Positions 17,473 to 27,404 of a stretch of DNA of 63,778 bases are shown here, one piece after another. Each line of letters begins with the position of its first letter. Position 1 is the first letter of the stretch. The DNA comes from a virus (lineage: Duplodnaviria; Caudoviricetes). The position numbers and the translations under genes were made by a program. Under the pieces are notes generated by a model. The model had not been told where the DNA came from. It searched no databases and worked only from the letters and a program-made list of their open reading frames with translations. The DNA lies in the IMG/VR virus record IMGVR_UViG_3300036766_000471, positions 1 through 63,778 of that record; one strand, written 5' to 3'.

Positions 17473-17980
17473 GAGGCTTCCTCCCACCCTTCTTCTTCGG
17501 GGTTGGAGCCTCCTCTGCGAGCCGCTGGGCCTTGATGCTGACCGGAGCCGCCCCGACAGGGCGTTCCCTCGGCGTCGCGGCTGGGGGGGCCGCAGCGGCA
17601 GTCACGAGAGCTTCAGCTTTCACCTTCTCAGCGTCGATCATCCCCTTGAGCAAGGTGACGGTCTGCTCAAGCCCCTGCACCTTCCCGGTTTGGGCGATGC
17701 GGAAGTTGGACGCCTGCGCGGCGAGGTTGTTGAGCGCGTGGCTGGTCCTCACGAGGAACCGCTTGACGTGCTCCGCCGTGGGCAGATCCATCTTCTCTTC
17801 GTCGATGTCCTTGTCCACATAGCCGAGCAGCATCTCTGCCGTCTTGGCTCCCTCAAGGAACGCCGCTTGACGCCCCTCAAGCACCGCCTGCTCGCGCTTC
17901 GCGGCTTCAAGCTGGTCGTCCACCCGCACACCAATCTCGTGCGTGACCAACTGCTTCAGCTCAGACTTGAGCGCGCGCAT
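17456..17980 (-). CDS. coiled-coil hypothetical protein
   Basis: Helical, basic tail; GAAGGGGG RBS. Confidence 0.7.
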   Translation of the reverse strand: MRALKSELKQLVTHEIGVRVDDQLEAAKREQAVLEGRQAAFLEGAKTAEMLLGYVDKDIDEEKMDLPTAEHVKRFLVRTSHALNNLAAQASNFRIAQTGKVQGLEQTVTLLKGMIDAEKVKAEALVTAAAAPPAATPRERPVGAAPVSIKAQRLAEEAPTPKKKGGRKPRATNA

Positions 17981-18006
17981 GGCCCCCCTTCTACCTCAAA
18001 CCGGGG

Positions 18007-19551
18007 CTATGCGTAGGGGATGACACAGAGCACGTCGTTGATCTTGACGGTGAACTCGAACCGGAGCTTCGCGGGGGCCGTGATGGACGAGCCGGGGTAG
18101 TAGTCGTTGTTCGCCGCCAAGGTCGCACCGGGGCGCAGCAGGTTCCCGTTGAGGAACACGTCGTAGTCAGAGAGGAAGTCTCCGAGCGACAGGTCTGGCA
18201 GCGCGGTGTCGAGGTTGCCGTCTGCGAGGCTGACATCGTTGTCCGCGACCGTGGTGACGGTGACGTTCGAGTAGACCTTCGGGTTGCGCTCATCGCCCTG
18301 CACGATTGCGTTGAGCAGCGACACCTCACCGTACTTCGCCTTGTAGGCCGACCACTCAGCCGAGCTGTCCGCCAGCGGCACGCCGTCCGTCGCGGTCCAC
18401 GTCGAGCCCGCTTGGTAGCTGTCGTCGAGGTGCAGCTCTGCCGCGCCATACAGGCGCAGGTCATTGGCCCCGGTGGACTCGATGACACCCGCGTTCACAC
18501 CCACGTCGATGCGCTGCCCACCCGTGTCCGCCCGAAGTCCGGTGCGGAAGTCGTTGACCACCGCGTCGTTGTTGAAAACATCAACGTCGGTGCCGAACTG
18601 AATCTCGCTGGTGCCACCCGCGCTTCCCTCCAAGATACGAAAGAGGTTCGCTTCAAGGTCGTCTCGAATGACCCACGCGATGCCGGGAGCTTCGAGGTCG
18701 AGGGTCGCGTTGGTGAGCAGGTTGACCGGGGCAGTGCCCTGATTGTCGTAAGCCACCTGCCGGGTGACGGTGCTGCTGGAAGGCACGTCCACAATCGCGC
18801 CGCGCAGGAAGTCCTGCTCGTTCAGGTCGTCGAGCGCCTTCTGCTCCACGTTGGCGTAGTTGATGATCTTGCTTTCGATGTCAGCGACCGGCACCGCTTC
18901 AAGGTCGTCGCCAGCCGCGTTGATGCGGACGAAGGAGATCTGCACCCGGTTCGGGGTGGTGCCCGTGATGGTGAAGCCGTCCGTCGCGCTCTCGCTCTGG
19001 AGCAAGCCCCACACTACGCGCCCGCTGGAGAGAATCGGGTCGCGGGTCGCGCCGTCCACGATCTCACAGATGTTCTTCGGGCTGATGGGCGTGGTGCCTG
19101 AGACTTCCACCAGCGAGAAGGCGGCGAAGGAGCCCGCGATGCTGGCGACCACAGAGCCGCGAGTGGCTACCGCTCCGACTGCGGCGGTGGTGTTCGAGGG
19201 GATCTGCGCCAGCGACAGCACGACGAAGTTCTGGGTCGCTGGGACCGTCACGTCGTTGAGGTTGGTGACGGCGACCAGCACCCGCTTGCGCTCCAGCTCG
19301 TGGAGGTCGGTGTTGAGGTTGTTGATGCCGCGCTTGCTGCCCGCGTCGAGGGTGACGGGGGTGTTGATGTCCGCGTACCAGTCGCCAGCGTTGTCCGCGA
19401 CGAGGTGCCGCTTGGTCTGCGACCGCAGAGCGTTGAGGTCACCCTCAATCTGGGTCTGCCCGGTTTCGAGGGTGACGCCGACCGCCAGCGTGTCGTCGTA
19501 GAGGTCGGAGCTTCGGAGCTGGGTGTCTTGACGAAGGAAAGTGCGAGGCAT
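18007..19551 (-). CDS. acidic virion structural protein
   Basis: 514 aa; GGAG RBS; C-terminal VFLNG.LL..G...DY motif. Confidence 0.7.
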   Translation of the reverse strand: MPRTFLRQDTQLRSSDLYDDTLAVGVTLETGQTQIEGDLNALRSQTKRHLVADNAGDWYADINTPVTLDAGSKRGINNLNTDLHELERKRVLVAVTNLNDVTVPATQNFVVLSLAQIPSNTTAAVGAVATRGSVVASIAGSFAAFSLVEVSGTTPISPKNICEIVDGATRDPILSSGRVVWGLLQSESATDGFTITGTTPNRVQISFVRINAAGDDLEAVPVADIESKIINYANVEQKALDDLNEQDFLRGAIVDVPSSSTVTRQVAYDNQGTAPVNLLTNATLDLEAPGIAWVIRDDLEANLFRILEGSAGGTSEIQFGTDVDVFNNDAVVNDFRTGLRADTGGQRIDVGVNAGVIESTGANDLRLYGAAELHLDDSYQAGSTWTATDGVPLADSSAEWSAYKAKYGEVSLLNAIVQGDERNPKVYSNVTVTTVADNDVSLADGNLDTALPDLSLGDFLSDYDVFLNGNLLRPGATLAANNDYYPGSSITAPAKLRFEFTVKINDVLCVIPYA

Positions 19552-19621
19552 GGTTCAACTCCTTTGGAAAGTGCCTACAAGTCTAGGGCACTTGCCCCCC
19601 AGCCGATAGTTTGGGGATGTG

Positions 19622-19921
19622 TCAAGGACTCTTGATGTACGACACCAGCAGCTTGTCGAGCGTCTTGGGGGCGAGAACCATGGTGAAGCCGCTCACCCCC
19701 TCGGTGTAGTCGTTGCCGCCACTCTCTTGCAGATCGCCGTTCAGGTACACCTGAAGGGTGCCTGCGATGAACGGGAAAGCCGTTGTGAAGGCGGTGTTCA
19801 CCCCGTTGATGGGCCCTCCGGGCACCTCGTTCTGCACCGTGACCGCGGCCACGTCTGCCCCGGTGACTGTGCCGGTGCCCGAAGTTGAGCCGCCCTCGAA
19901 CATGGAGTTGTAGCCGGGCAC
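19622..19921 (-). CDS. small virion protein
   Basis: E.P.G.INGVN..FT...VYLNG.LQ...DYT motif. Confidence 0.7.
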   Translation of the reverse strand: MPGYNSMFEGGSTSGTGTVTGADVAAVTVQNEVPGGPINGVNTAFTTAFPFIAGTLQVYLNGDLQESGGNDYTEGVSGFTMVLAPKTLDKLLVSYIKSP

Positions 19922-19922
19922 G

Positions 19923-20138
19923 TCACGCCTCTCGGGAGATGGCCCAGACGTACACCGCTGCGACGATCGCAGCGCTCAAAGCTCCGGCAGCCATCGGCAC
20001 CACCTGCTCGTGCTGTGCACCCCACACAGCGGTCCCGGTGGCGGTCAACAGAGCCCACGTGCTCACCCAGAAACGAGTCGTCACCCACCCAGACCTGAGC
20101 TTCTCCATCGAGGGCTTGGCGTAGAAGTGAATGGGCAT
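19923..20138 (-). CDS. small two-TM membrane protein
   Basis: Two hydrophobic helices; GW.TTRFW. Confidence 0.55.
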   Translation of the reverse strand: MPIHFYAKPSMEKLRSGWVTTRFWVSTWALLTATGTAVWGAQHEQVVPMAAGALSAAIVAAVYVWAISREA

Positions 20139-20141
20139 GGG

Positions 20142-20429
20142 CTAGACCGTCGTCGCGAGAATCTGCACGAACTTCGAGCCACCACCTGCGCCTTGCCGCC
20201 GAATCCAGAGCTTCTCGCGCACGTGCTCGCTCCAGTGAATGACCGAGCTGGGCCCTGTGGGGTTCAACCGTGCGTGCACATTCACACCGTCGAAACTGAC
20301 CTCCAGCACCGCGTTGGACTCGTTGAAAACGAGCTGCTCGCGCGACACGAACTGAAACGCCACAAGGGAGTTCGGGTCAGTGAAGTCTGTCACCGCGGCA
20401 ACGTCGCGGCGGTCGAAGAAGTCTGCCAC
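20142..20429 (-). CDS. small beta protein, paralogue A
   Basis: EVSFDGVNVH...KLWIR. Confidence 0.7.
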   Translation of the reverse strand: MADFFDRRDVAAVTDFTDPNSLVAFQFVSREQLVFNESNAVLEVSFDGVNVHARLNPTGPSSVIHWSEHVREKLWIRRQGAGGGSKFVQILATTV

Positions 20430-20439
20430 CGCGCACCCC

Positions 20440-20700
20440 TTACGCCAGCGTCAGAGCGCTCCAACGGAGGGTGGCTGCGCCGCCGTTCTGCCGCACCCAC
20501 ATCTTCTTGCGCTTGGTGGGCAGTGGGAAGGTCGTCTCCGCGCTGTCCAAGATGAGATGGACGTTCACCCCGTCGAAGGAGATGTCGGCAGTTCCAACGG
20601 TCACCTTGAGCACCAACGTGTCGGGCTCGAAATCGAGCGACACGTCTGGGGCGGTGGTGAAGGAGGCGGGAGCGGCAACCACACCAGATGCAGCGGACAT
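20440..20700 (-). CDS. small beta protein, paralogue B
   Basis: DISFDGVNVH...KMWVR. Confidence 0.7.
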   Translation of the reverse strand: MSAASGVVAAPASFTTAPDVSLDFEPDTLVLKVTVGTADISFDGVNVHLILDSAETTFPLPTKRKKMWVRQNGGAATLRWSALTLA

Positions 20701-20703
20701 GGA

Positions 20704-20997
20704 CTACCCCTCCTTGATGGCGCGCACGGGGGAGCGCTTGATGGACCCATCCTCGCCGATTTCATCAGCTGGGGCGAGTTGGTACTCCTGCTTGAGCCGC
20801 TCGAAAAGAACCTTGTTCTCCGCCTCGATGGTGGCACTCGCGGACTGTGCGGCGCGCATGGCCGTCTGGAGCATAGTGAGGTCCGACGTGATGCGCCCCG
20901 CGCGCTCTTTGGCGAGCTGGAGCTTCAGCTTGTCCATCTCTCCGAGATGGGTGGGGAGCTGAGCTGCCATCGGGGTCGCGGTGTTCGGGTCGGTCAT
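20704..20997 (-). CDS. small coiled-coil protein after fibre gene
   Basis: Helical; LKQEYQL..DEIGEDG. Confidence 0.65.
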   Translation of the reverse strand: MTDPNTATPMAAQLPTHLGEMDKLKLQLAKERAGRITSDLTMLQTAMRAAQSASATIEAENKVLFERLKQEYQLAPADEIGEDGSIKRSPVRAIKEG

Positions 20998-21036
20998 GGC
21001 GGGCCTTCTACCAGAGGCCCACCGCCCCGCGCCACG

Positions 21037-23358
21037 TCAGATGTCCGCGTTAGCCGTCCAGTGCCCAATGAGCGCGTCACCAGTGGCTGGTGCTCCAGCC
21101 ACCATCACAACCTCGAAGCCGCCCTCCCCCAAGTCGTTGGTGGACGTAGCTCGCTCGGTGCCGTTGTGCAGCCAGTTACCAGATGGTGAACCGTCTGGCG
21201 GGTAAAGCGTGATGGTCGGCGTAATCCATTTGCGAGTCTTGAAATGCACGTCACCCCATGTTTGCGCTGCGCCCGCGCCAGCGTAGTGCTGCCGCTCGTT
21301 TCCAGTGGCACCGTTGGTGCCGGGGTCCACGGCAAGGTTGTACGACTTCTCGTAGTGGCGCAGGCAGTATTCCAAGTCGCTGCTCCACGAGCCGCCCGCG
21401 TAGATGAAGTTCTCCGCAGGCAACATCACCGGGTCGATGAGCATGACCCCAGCGATGGAAATCGAGTCGTCTGCTCCCGCCGTGCCAGAGGGGGTGAAAC
21501 CGAAAGAGATGCCAAGCACGTTCGCCTGCCCCGGCAGCGAAGCAGGAACTGCTGTGTTGATGCTGTAGCGAACGTAGGAAGCCGGGGGCGCAATGAGCGA
21601 CGGACCAAGCAAGTCGGTCTGGGTGGAGTACCCGGCGACAAGGTTCTCCGTCAGCGCGCCGCCCGCTCCTGCGGCCATGTAGACTGACACGTCAGCGCCC
21701 GAGTAGTTGGCGCCCTTCTTCAACCAAAAAACAAGCTGTACGGAGCGCCCAGCAAGCGCTGGAACCATGCCTCGCGCAATCTCGTGGTACCCCGTGCGCT
21801 CACCCGTTGTTATGACTCCGAGCGGGCGCTGAATCTTGAATCCCGCGGTGAGGCCAACCGGAGGACTGCTGGTGTTCTTTGAGCCAGTCGTGCTGTCGCC
21901 CGCACCATAGAAGTACCAGCGGTCTGCGATGTACGAGCGCGCGGAACTGGTCAGCGTCGTACCGCGTTGCCAGAAGTCGAACGCGCCGTTCGTGACGTAG
22001 TTGGTCGGCGTGGCGAAGATGACGTTCTGCGTGTCCACGTAGTTCTTCGTGGCTGCGTCCTGAGCACTCACGGGGTCGAGCACGCTCTGAATGGCGCGTG
22101 GCCCCCCAATGGACGCGAGCACACCAGCCGCAGTGACCTGCCAGCGGGCGATGTTGTTCGTCCAGAGTTCCAGCGGAAAGTTGGTGGTGACCTTGAGCTG
22201 CCCAGCACCTGCACCAGACACCAACTTCACGACTGCGGCGGCAGCCTGAAGAGTGAGGTCACCCGCATTGGTCACTAACGCGAGGACCGTGCCCGCGCTG
22301 CTCAGCCACTGCTGGAGGTCCAGCCCGGCGAGAAAGCCCTGCACCTGAAACGGTACCGTCGCGGCGTCCCCAGCCTTGACCCTGAACGAAGTGGTGAGCC
22401 CAGTGGCGTTGGTGCCGTCAACACGTCTGCCGTTCGGTAGAGGGCCGAGCGCCCCGTGGACGACGTAGTTCCGGTCAATCGGCGTCAGGTCCAAGTCCGC
22501 GCCGCCCACGCCGTCGAACCACACGTCCACGGTGGAGCCCGTGCCCATGGAGCTGCCCACACGTCGCCGGACGGTGCCCTGTGTCGAAGACAGCGCACCG
22601 GAGTCGTTGACGAAGATGATGTCACCGGGAACAACCGCAGGGCCCGCGATGACCTGCGCGGCGATGCGCCCGATGTAGCGCACCTTCATCAGGCGTTGTT
22701 CCGGGGTACCCACACCGGGGACGCCAGTGGCACCACCGGGTGTGCCTACTACGACGCACAGCATTTCATCGACTTCAGCAAGGGTGGCCGCGGTCGCCAA
22801 CGTGAAGCCGGGAACCACCTCAACTCCCGGCAAGGTGGCCTTGAGCGTCGCCGTGGAAATGGCACGGACGATCTGCCCTTGGGTGAGTGTGCCGCCCGAG
22901 CCGTTGACCCCCACGAGGATGCCGGGGTCGGAGAGCAACGTGTCCACCCTCCGCAGCAGGCTGTTCATCGACAGCGCCCAGCCTTCGCTGGTGTCACTCT
23001 CGGTCGTCTCCCCTGCCGCGGGGATGCGTTCCAGCGTCTTCAGCTGTTCGATCGCAAGCACCACACGATCTTCCTGCTCAGTTGGCAGTCCCTGATTGAC
23101 GATGAGCCGCAGGAGGTACGTGCCTTCTTTCTTCGGCGTAAAGGAAGGGTTCTGCACCGACACCGATGAGAGCGCGTCTGCTGCCCCCCCCGGTGGCTGG
23201 TCAAGAATCGCCCACGTGTACGACAGCTCGCCGCCCACGTTGATGTTGTCGCAGTTGACCAGCGCGTTTATTTTAGCGTTGAGCTGCGACCCAGCGGTGG
23301 GGCCGAACGCAGCACCAGTCGCCAGCGTACCTGCGAGGGTGATTTTCGCTTGCGGCAT
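21037..23358 (-). CDS. tail fibre / receptor-binding protein
   Basis: N-terminal PKD-like (SYTW..P.FTP..GTY.LRL), DAATKNYVD, NGAFDFWQRGT, C.R.YEKSY. Confidence 0.85.
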   Translation of the reverse strand: MPQAKITLAGTLATGAAFGPTAGSQLNAKINALVNCDNINVGGELSYTWAILDQPPGGAADALSSVSVQNPSFTPKKEGTYLLRLIVNQGLPTEQEDRVVLAIEQLKTLERIPAAGETTESDTSEGWALSMNSLLRRVDTLLSDPGILVGVNGSGGTLTQGQIVRAISTATLKATLPGVEVVPGFTLATAATLAEVDEMLCVVVGTPGGATGVPGVGTPEQRLMKVRYIGRIAAQVIAGPAVVPGDIIFVNDSGALSSTQGTVRRRVGSSMGTGSTVDVWFDGVGGADLDLTPIDRNYVVHGALGPLPNGRRVDGTNATGLTTSFRVKAGDAATVPFQVQGFLAGLDLQQWLSSAGTVLALVTNAGDLTLQAAAAVVKLVSGAGAGQLKVTTNFPLELWTNNIARWQVTAAGVLASIGGPRAIQSVLDPVSAQDAATKNYVDTQNVIFATPTNYVTNGAFDFWQRGTTLTSSARSYIADRWYFYGAGDSTTGSKNTSSPPVGLTAGFKIQRPLGVITTGERTGYHEIARGMVPALAGRSVQLVFWLKKGANYSGADVSVYMAAGAGGALTENLVAGYSTQTDLLGPSLIAPPASYVRYSINTAVPASLPGQANVLGISFGFTPSGTAGADDSISIAGVMLIDPVMLPAENFIYAGGSWSSDLEYCLRHYEKSYNLAVDPGTNGATGNERQHYAGAGAAQTWGDVHFKTRKWITPTITLYPPDGSPSGNWLHNGTERATSTNDLGEGGFEVVMVAGAPATGDALIGHWTANADI

Positions 23359-23367
23359 TGGGCACCT

Positions 23368-24519
23368 TTAACGACGCAGAAACCCTTGGAACTGAATGTT
23401 GAAGGAAGCGGGCATCGTGCTGTTCGTCGTACCGTTGAGCTGGTGCACGATGAAGAAAGCAGCGACAGCAGCTGCTTGGAACTGAGAGAACAACAACGCC
23501 GGGCCACTGATGGTGGGATCGTTCAAAGCCGCCACGTCAGAAGCGTCCAGCTGAGAAGCGACCGAGCTTGCCGTGGCGATAGGGTAGAAGTCGGGGCCGA
23601 GCGCACCGGAAGCGGTCTGCGCCTGACAGGTGAATTTGCTGTTCGCGTCCAAGTCCCCGCCGATGACGTAGAAGCCGAGGTAGTCCTGTGCAGGTGGTGC
23701 CGCTTTTCGGCACACGACTTCGACACCGGGGGGCGCCACCAACTCCAGCAGGGAGGGTCCAAACGCGCCGGAAGGCACGTTGAACTGTGCAGAGACGTGC
23801 ATCAAGTTGTACGGGGCGAGCAAGCGCCGCGTGTCTCGAATCTCACCTCTGGTGAGGCTGGTGGTCGCCGGAGAGAGGCGCACCTCGGCGATTTTCATGT
23901 AGCCCGCTGTCACAGCCGGAGCGACAGGCGATGCTGCTTCTGCTCCGCGCTTGTACCCGACCGCGCCCGTGCTGAGCGCTGGGGTGAGCACGTTGCTCTG
24001 GCTCCCGTCGAGCGTGAACGCGAGGGACTTGTTCACGCTGTTGGAGACGAAAAGGCCCGAGATGGTGTCAAGCACGTCGCGGCTGAGGGGGTTCCCCACC
24101 ACCCGGTTCATGCGCACCTCGATGATGTCGATGCGCGGGTTGGTGACCGGCGCTGAGATGCCGGAGATGGTCATCTCGCTCAACAGCACGAGGGGCTTGT
24201 ACTCGGAGAGGTCATCCAGCCCACCGACACCGCCAATGGCGAAGTCGGTGTCAGCCGGAGGAAGGTCGAGGAAACCGATGCCGGGACGCAAACGCACCGA
24301 CATGCCGGGCACTGCCGAGGGAATGACCTGAAGCCCCGCCCCAACAACACCCGAAGCCACCAGCGCGCCGGGGTCAGTGTCAGAGACGCGCCCCGAGAAG
24401 AAGGTCATCAGCATGTCGCGCAAGGTGCGGTCAAGCTGCGCCTGCGCTTGGTTGATGTCGGACGACATCGGCCTTTCGCGAGCCGCAATGATGGTTCTGT
24501 CGAATGCTTTGTTTGCCAC
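23368..24519 (-). CDS. baseplate/fibre-attachment protein
   Basis: GLQV.P..GMSV...PG, NPRIDII; follows baseplate genes. Confidence 0.65.
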   Translation of the reverse strand: MANKAFDRTIIAARERPMSSDINQAQAQLDRTLRDMLMTFFSGRVSDTDPGALVASGVVGAGLQVIPSAVPGMSVRLRPGIGFLDLPPADTDFAIGGVGGLDDLSEYKPLVLLSEMTISGISAPVTNPRIDIIEVRMNRVVGNPLSRDVLDTISGLFVSNSVNKSLAFTLDGSQSNVLTPALSTGAVGYKRGAEAASPVAPAVTAGYMKIAEVRLSPATTSLTRGEIRDTRRLLAPYNLMHVSAQFNVPSGAFGPSLLELVAPPGVEVVCRKAAPPAQDYLGFYVIGGDLDANSKFTCQAQTASGALGPDFYPIATASSVASQLDASDVAALNDPTISGPALLFSQFQAAAVAAFFIVHQLNGTTNSTMPASFNIQFQGFLRR

Positions 24520-24557
24520 GGTTAGAACCTGCCTTTATCTGTGATATCAACCAATGG

Positions 24558-25133
24558 ATGAACCGAGAGGAAAGACGAGTCGCAGGGCTGTGCGGGCGTT
24601 GTGGGGGCCAACCTGTACCGGGGCGCACGCAGTGCGTTCGTTGCTTAGCCTACGCTGTAACGGCAACGCAAAAGCACCAAGAAAAAAGTCGCATGGCCGG
24701 GAAGTGCGGCTGCGGCAACCAACGAGATACCGACAGCAAACTCTGTCGAACCTGTCGTGGCACCCGCGAGCGCTCGTGGCAAAAAACCAAAAAATTCCGC
24801 TTGCAGCAAAAGCTGTGTGTTGGGTGTGGTGAGCACCCATCCCGCGCAGGAAAACGAACCTGCGCGGAATGCTCTCTGCGGCGAGTGCAGCACGGGCACA
24901 AAAAGTTGGGTGTTTCCCCAGAGGACTTTCAACGCCGCTTCGCTGAACAGCAAGGACTGTGCGCCATCTGCGAACTTCCGATGAAAGCCCCGTGTCAGGA
25001 CCACAACCACGAGACAAAGCAGATACGAGATCTACTCTGTCACCGCTGCAACCGCGTGCTTGGCCTCGGTAAGGAATCACCATTCCTGTTCCGTGCACTG
25101 GCAGCTTATGTGGAGCGCTGGTCTTCACGATGA
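24558..25133 (+). CDS. endonuclease VII-type homing endonuclease with Cys repeats
   Basis: Repeated CxxCG...CxxC; Q.GLCAIC..QDHNH..IRDLLC..CNR.LG; antisense; start uncertain. Confidence 0.85.
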   Translation: MNREERRVAGLCGRCGGQPVPGRTQCVRCLAYAVTATQKHQEKSRMAGKCGCGNQRDTDSKLCRTCRGTRERSWQKTKKFRLQQKLCVGCGEHPSRAGKRTCAECSLRRVQHGHKKLGVSPEDFQRRFAEQQGLCAICELPMKAPCQDHNHETKQIRDLLCHRCNRVLGLGKESPFLFRALAAYVERWSSR

Positions 25134-25136
25134 CTT

Positions 25137-26525
25137 TCACTGACCCTCAAGCTCCACAACCGCAGCGGTGCCAGCAGCTTTGATGTTCTGGAGCGTGTCA
25201 TACAGCGTTTTCATCACCGTGGCGCGAGCCACGTCGTACCCGTCCCAACAGCCGAGCAGGTACCCGAAGCTCTCGGTCGTGAAGTTTTGCGACCACGTGG
25301 GGACAATGGAAGTGAGCCGCCACACCGTTCCGTCATCCAACTGCACCGCGTACTTCCCGATGTCCGCGGTGATCACGGAAGCAGTCGTGCGTGCCAGCGC
25401 GTTCGCGTAAGGCCCCAGCTCATACACCAGCTCCGCGTCCCACGCTCCCACTGCTCGGCTTCCGTAGGGGTTGGAGAGCTGCGTGGCGTTGACCGCGGTG
25501 TCGTCGTAGGCCACCCCGTAGTCGGTCAACGGGCCAAACGCGGGCACCACGACGATGAACGCCCCACGCATCTCGCTCTCGTCGAGCCAGCGTGCGCGGA
25601 AAGGGGAGGGGCTCCGCGGGTCGTCGTAGCAGAGCAAGTCCGGGTCGTAGGGGCTGCCCGGAATCGAATCCGCAGGCCCGTCCCAGCAGGTGACGTAGCC
25701 CAGCTCAAACGTCTCGATGAAGTCGTAGGAGAGGTTGTACGGCAACAGGAGCTGCTGAAGCGCACGGTCCACTGCATTCGGGCTGATGTTGTCCGGCAGC
25801 GCCCGCACCCGCCCGCGGTAGGTGTCGTCCGTCTCGCTGACGCCGCGAAAAATCAGGCGGTCGATGCCGTGCTGGTCAAGCGCCGGGTCCACGCCGCCCG
25901 TGGTCGCGATGGGGTGCCGCACCCGGAAGGTCACGTCGCCCACCGGAGGGTCCTCTACCAGCGTGACGATGGTGTCGATTTCCCCTTCGAGGCTCGTGCC
26001 GTCTGCGGTCACCACGATGCCCGGCTCGTTGTAGTTGTACCCCTGAAGCAGTGCTTCAACTGGCACCGTGAAGGGACCTAAATCGCTCGGGGCAAAAACA
26101 GCGTTCGCCGTGGTGACGTAGCGCCGTCCACCCTTGCTCGATTTCACCACCGTGCCCGCGAGGATGGTGACCGGGATGCCTTCCGCGTTCGGTGTCGGGC
26201 GGTAGAACTCGATCGAGCCTGTGGCCTTGGCTCCCCCGGTGGAAGAGAGGATGAACGCGCCGCAGGCGTACCGCGCCACCGCTTGCGACAGGCGCGCACC
26301 CATCGCCGCGGCGGCCTGAAGCACCTCGTAGCCGGGCCCTGTTTCCTTCAGCGGAGCAAGGTAGTGCTGCGGCAGGAGGCGCTCGAACAAATCGAGCAGG
26401 TCCTGCTGGGTGAACGCTTCGATAGAGCAAGGAAGGAACGGTGCCGCTGTGCTCGTGCTCTCAGGCTGTGCACCGCCGCGCGCAGGCAGCGGGGAAATCA
26501 GAGTCCATGCGAGCGGGAGAGGCAT
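25137..26525 (-). CDS. baseplate wedge protein
   Basis: GGAKATG..EF.R, ILAGTVV, E.DD.YR.RV, IKAAG. Confidence 0.7.
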   Translation of the reverse strand: MPLPLAWTLISPLPARGGAQPESTSTAAPFLPCSIEAFTQQDLLDLFERLLPQHYLAPLKETGPGYEVLQAAAAMGARLSQAVARYACGAFILSSTGGAKATGSIEFYRPTPNAEGIPVTILAGTVVKSSKGGRRYVTTANAVFAPSDLGPFTVPVEALLQGYNYNEPGIVVTADGTSLEGEIDTIVTLVEDPPVGDVTFRVRHPIATTGGVDPALDQHGIDRLIFRGVSETDDTYRGRVRALPDNISPNAVDRALQQLLLPYNLSYDFIETFELGYVTCWDGPADSIPGSPYDPDLLCYDDPRSPSPFRARWLDESEMRGAFIVVVPAFGPLTDYGVAYDDTAVNATQLSNPYGSRAVGAWDAELVYELGPYANALARTTASVITADIGKYAVQLDDGTVWRLTSIVPTWSQNFTTESFGYLLGCWDGYDVARATVMKTLYDTLQNIKAAGTAAVVELEGQ

Positions 26526-26528
26526 CGG

Positions 26529-27401
26529 TCATTCCACCAAGGTCCAACCGTAGATGACCCCGGTGATGAGATTCACCCCACCACCCACGTCGAAGGCCAT
26601 CGGGATGACACGGGGGCTGGAGGGCCACCCCTCGTCTCGGAGCAAGGTGTAGCGGAAGCCGTTGGTGATGGGAACCCGCGAGCAGAAAGTGTTGGCGTAC
26701 CGAGGCCCGCGCGAATCCCCGTCGTGCGCCATCTCGTAGATGTTCAGGTTGGGGTAGCTCACCAACACGAGTACACGCTCCAGATTTGCAAGCGCGTCCG
26801 TCACGTCGAAGCTGATGGTGTCTGTTTTTCTGACCGCGGCGGCCAAAGCAGGTGAGAAATTTCCAACAGCTGGGTCCCCCGCGGGGGAGCTTCCGATGCC
26901 CGCTTCCATCGCCCCAGTGTAATCCGAGGGAAGCGAATCGCCCGGCGCGACGATGCGCGCAGCGGTCCCCGCTGCGATGTCACCTACCGTGGCCGTTGCC
27001 TTCCACAACGCGCGAGGCGTCGGCGACAGCGGAAGCACCTGCGAGAACGAAGGTGGAGTACGGGGCCCACCCGAGTCTGAATAGAGCCCGAAGCTGGGGG
27101 TCCCCGCGCCGCTGTAGAGGCTGCCGTCCATGTTGAGCAACAGGACCACCAGCAAGCCGTTGGTGGCTGCGGTGCGCACTTGGTGGCGCGGGTACGCGGT
27201 AGCCCCGCCATTCACGAGCAGAATCGCGCCAGCGGCCACGTCCACATCTGGCACCATCACCCCGTAGGCCCCACCACCGATTTCCACCACTGGCAATGGA
27301 GCGACTACTGCTCCCCCCACCACATACGTCAACCCCGGCGTCAGTCCCGTGAGGGGGACGTTCGAGGCGTCGTAAAAATGGAAGGAGCGGAAGACGGACA
27401 C
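26529..27401 (-). CDS. virion protein; C-terminal domain paralogous to 31099..31419
   Basis: HDG...ITNGFRY..LR..GWP.SPR. Confidence 0.65.
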   Translation of the reverse strand: MSVFRSFHFYDASNVPLTGLTPGLTYVVGGAVVAPLPVVEIGGGAYGVMVPDVDVAAGAILLVNGGATAYPRHQVRTAATNGLLVVLLLNMDGSLYSGAGTPSFGLYSDSGGPRTPPSFSQVLPLSPTPRALWKATATVGDIAAGTAARIVAPGDSLPSDYTGAMEAGIGSSPAGDPAVGNFSPALAAAVRKTDTISFDVTDALANLERVLVLVSYPNLNIYEMAHDGDSRGPRYANTFCSRVPITNGFRYTLLRDEGWPSSPRVIPMAFDVGGGVNLITGVIYGWTLVE

Positions 27402-27404
27402 AGG

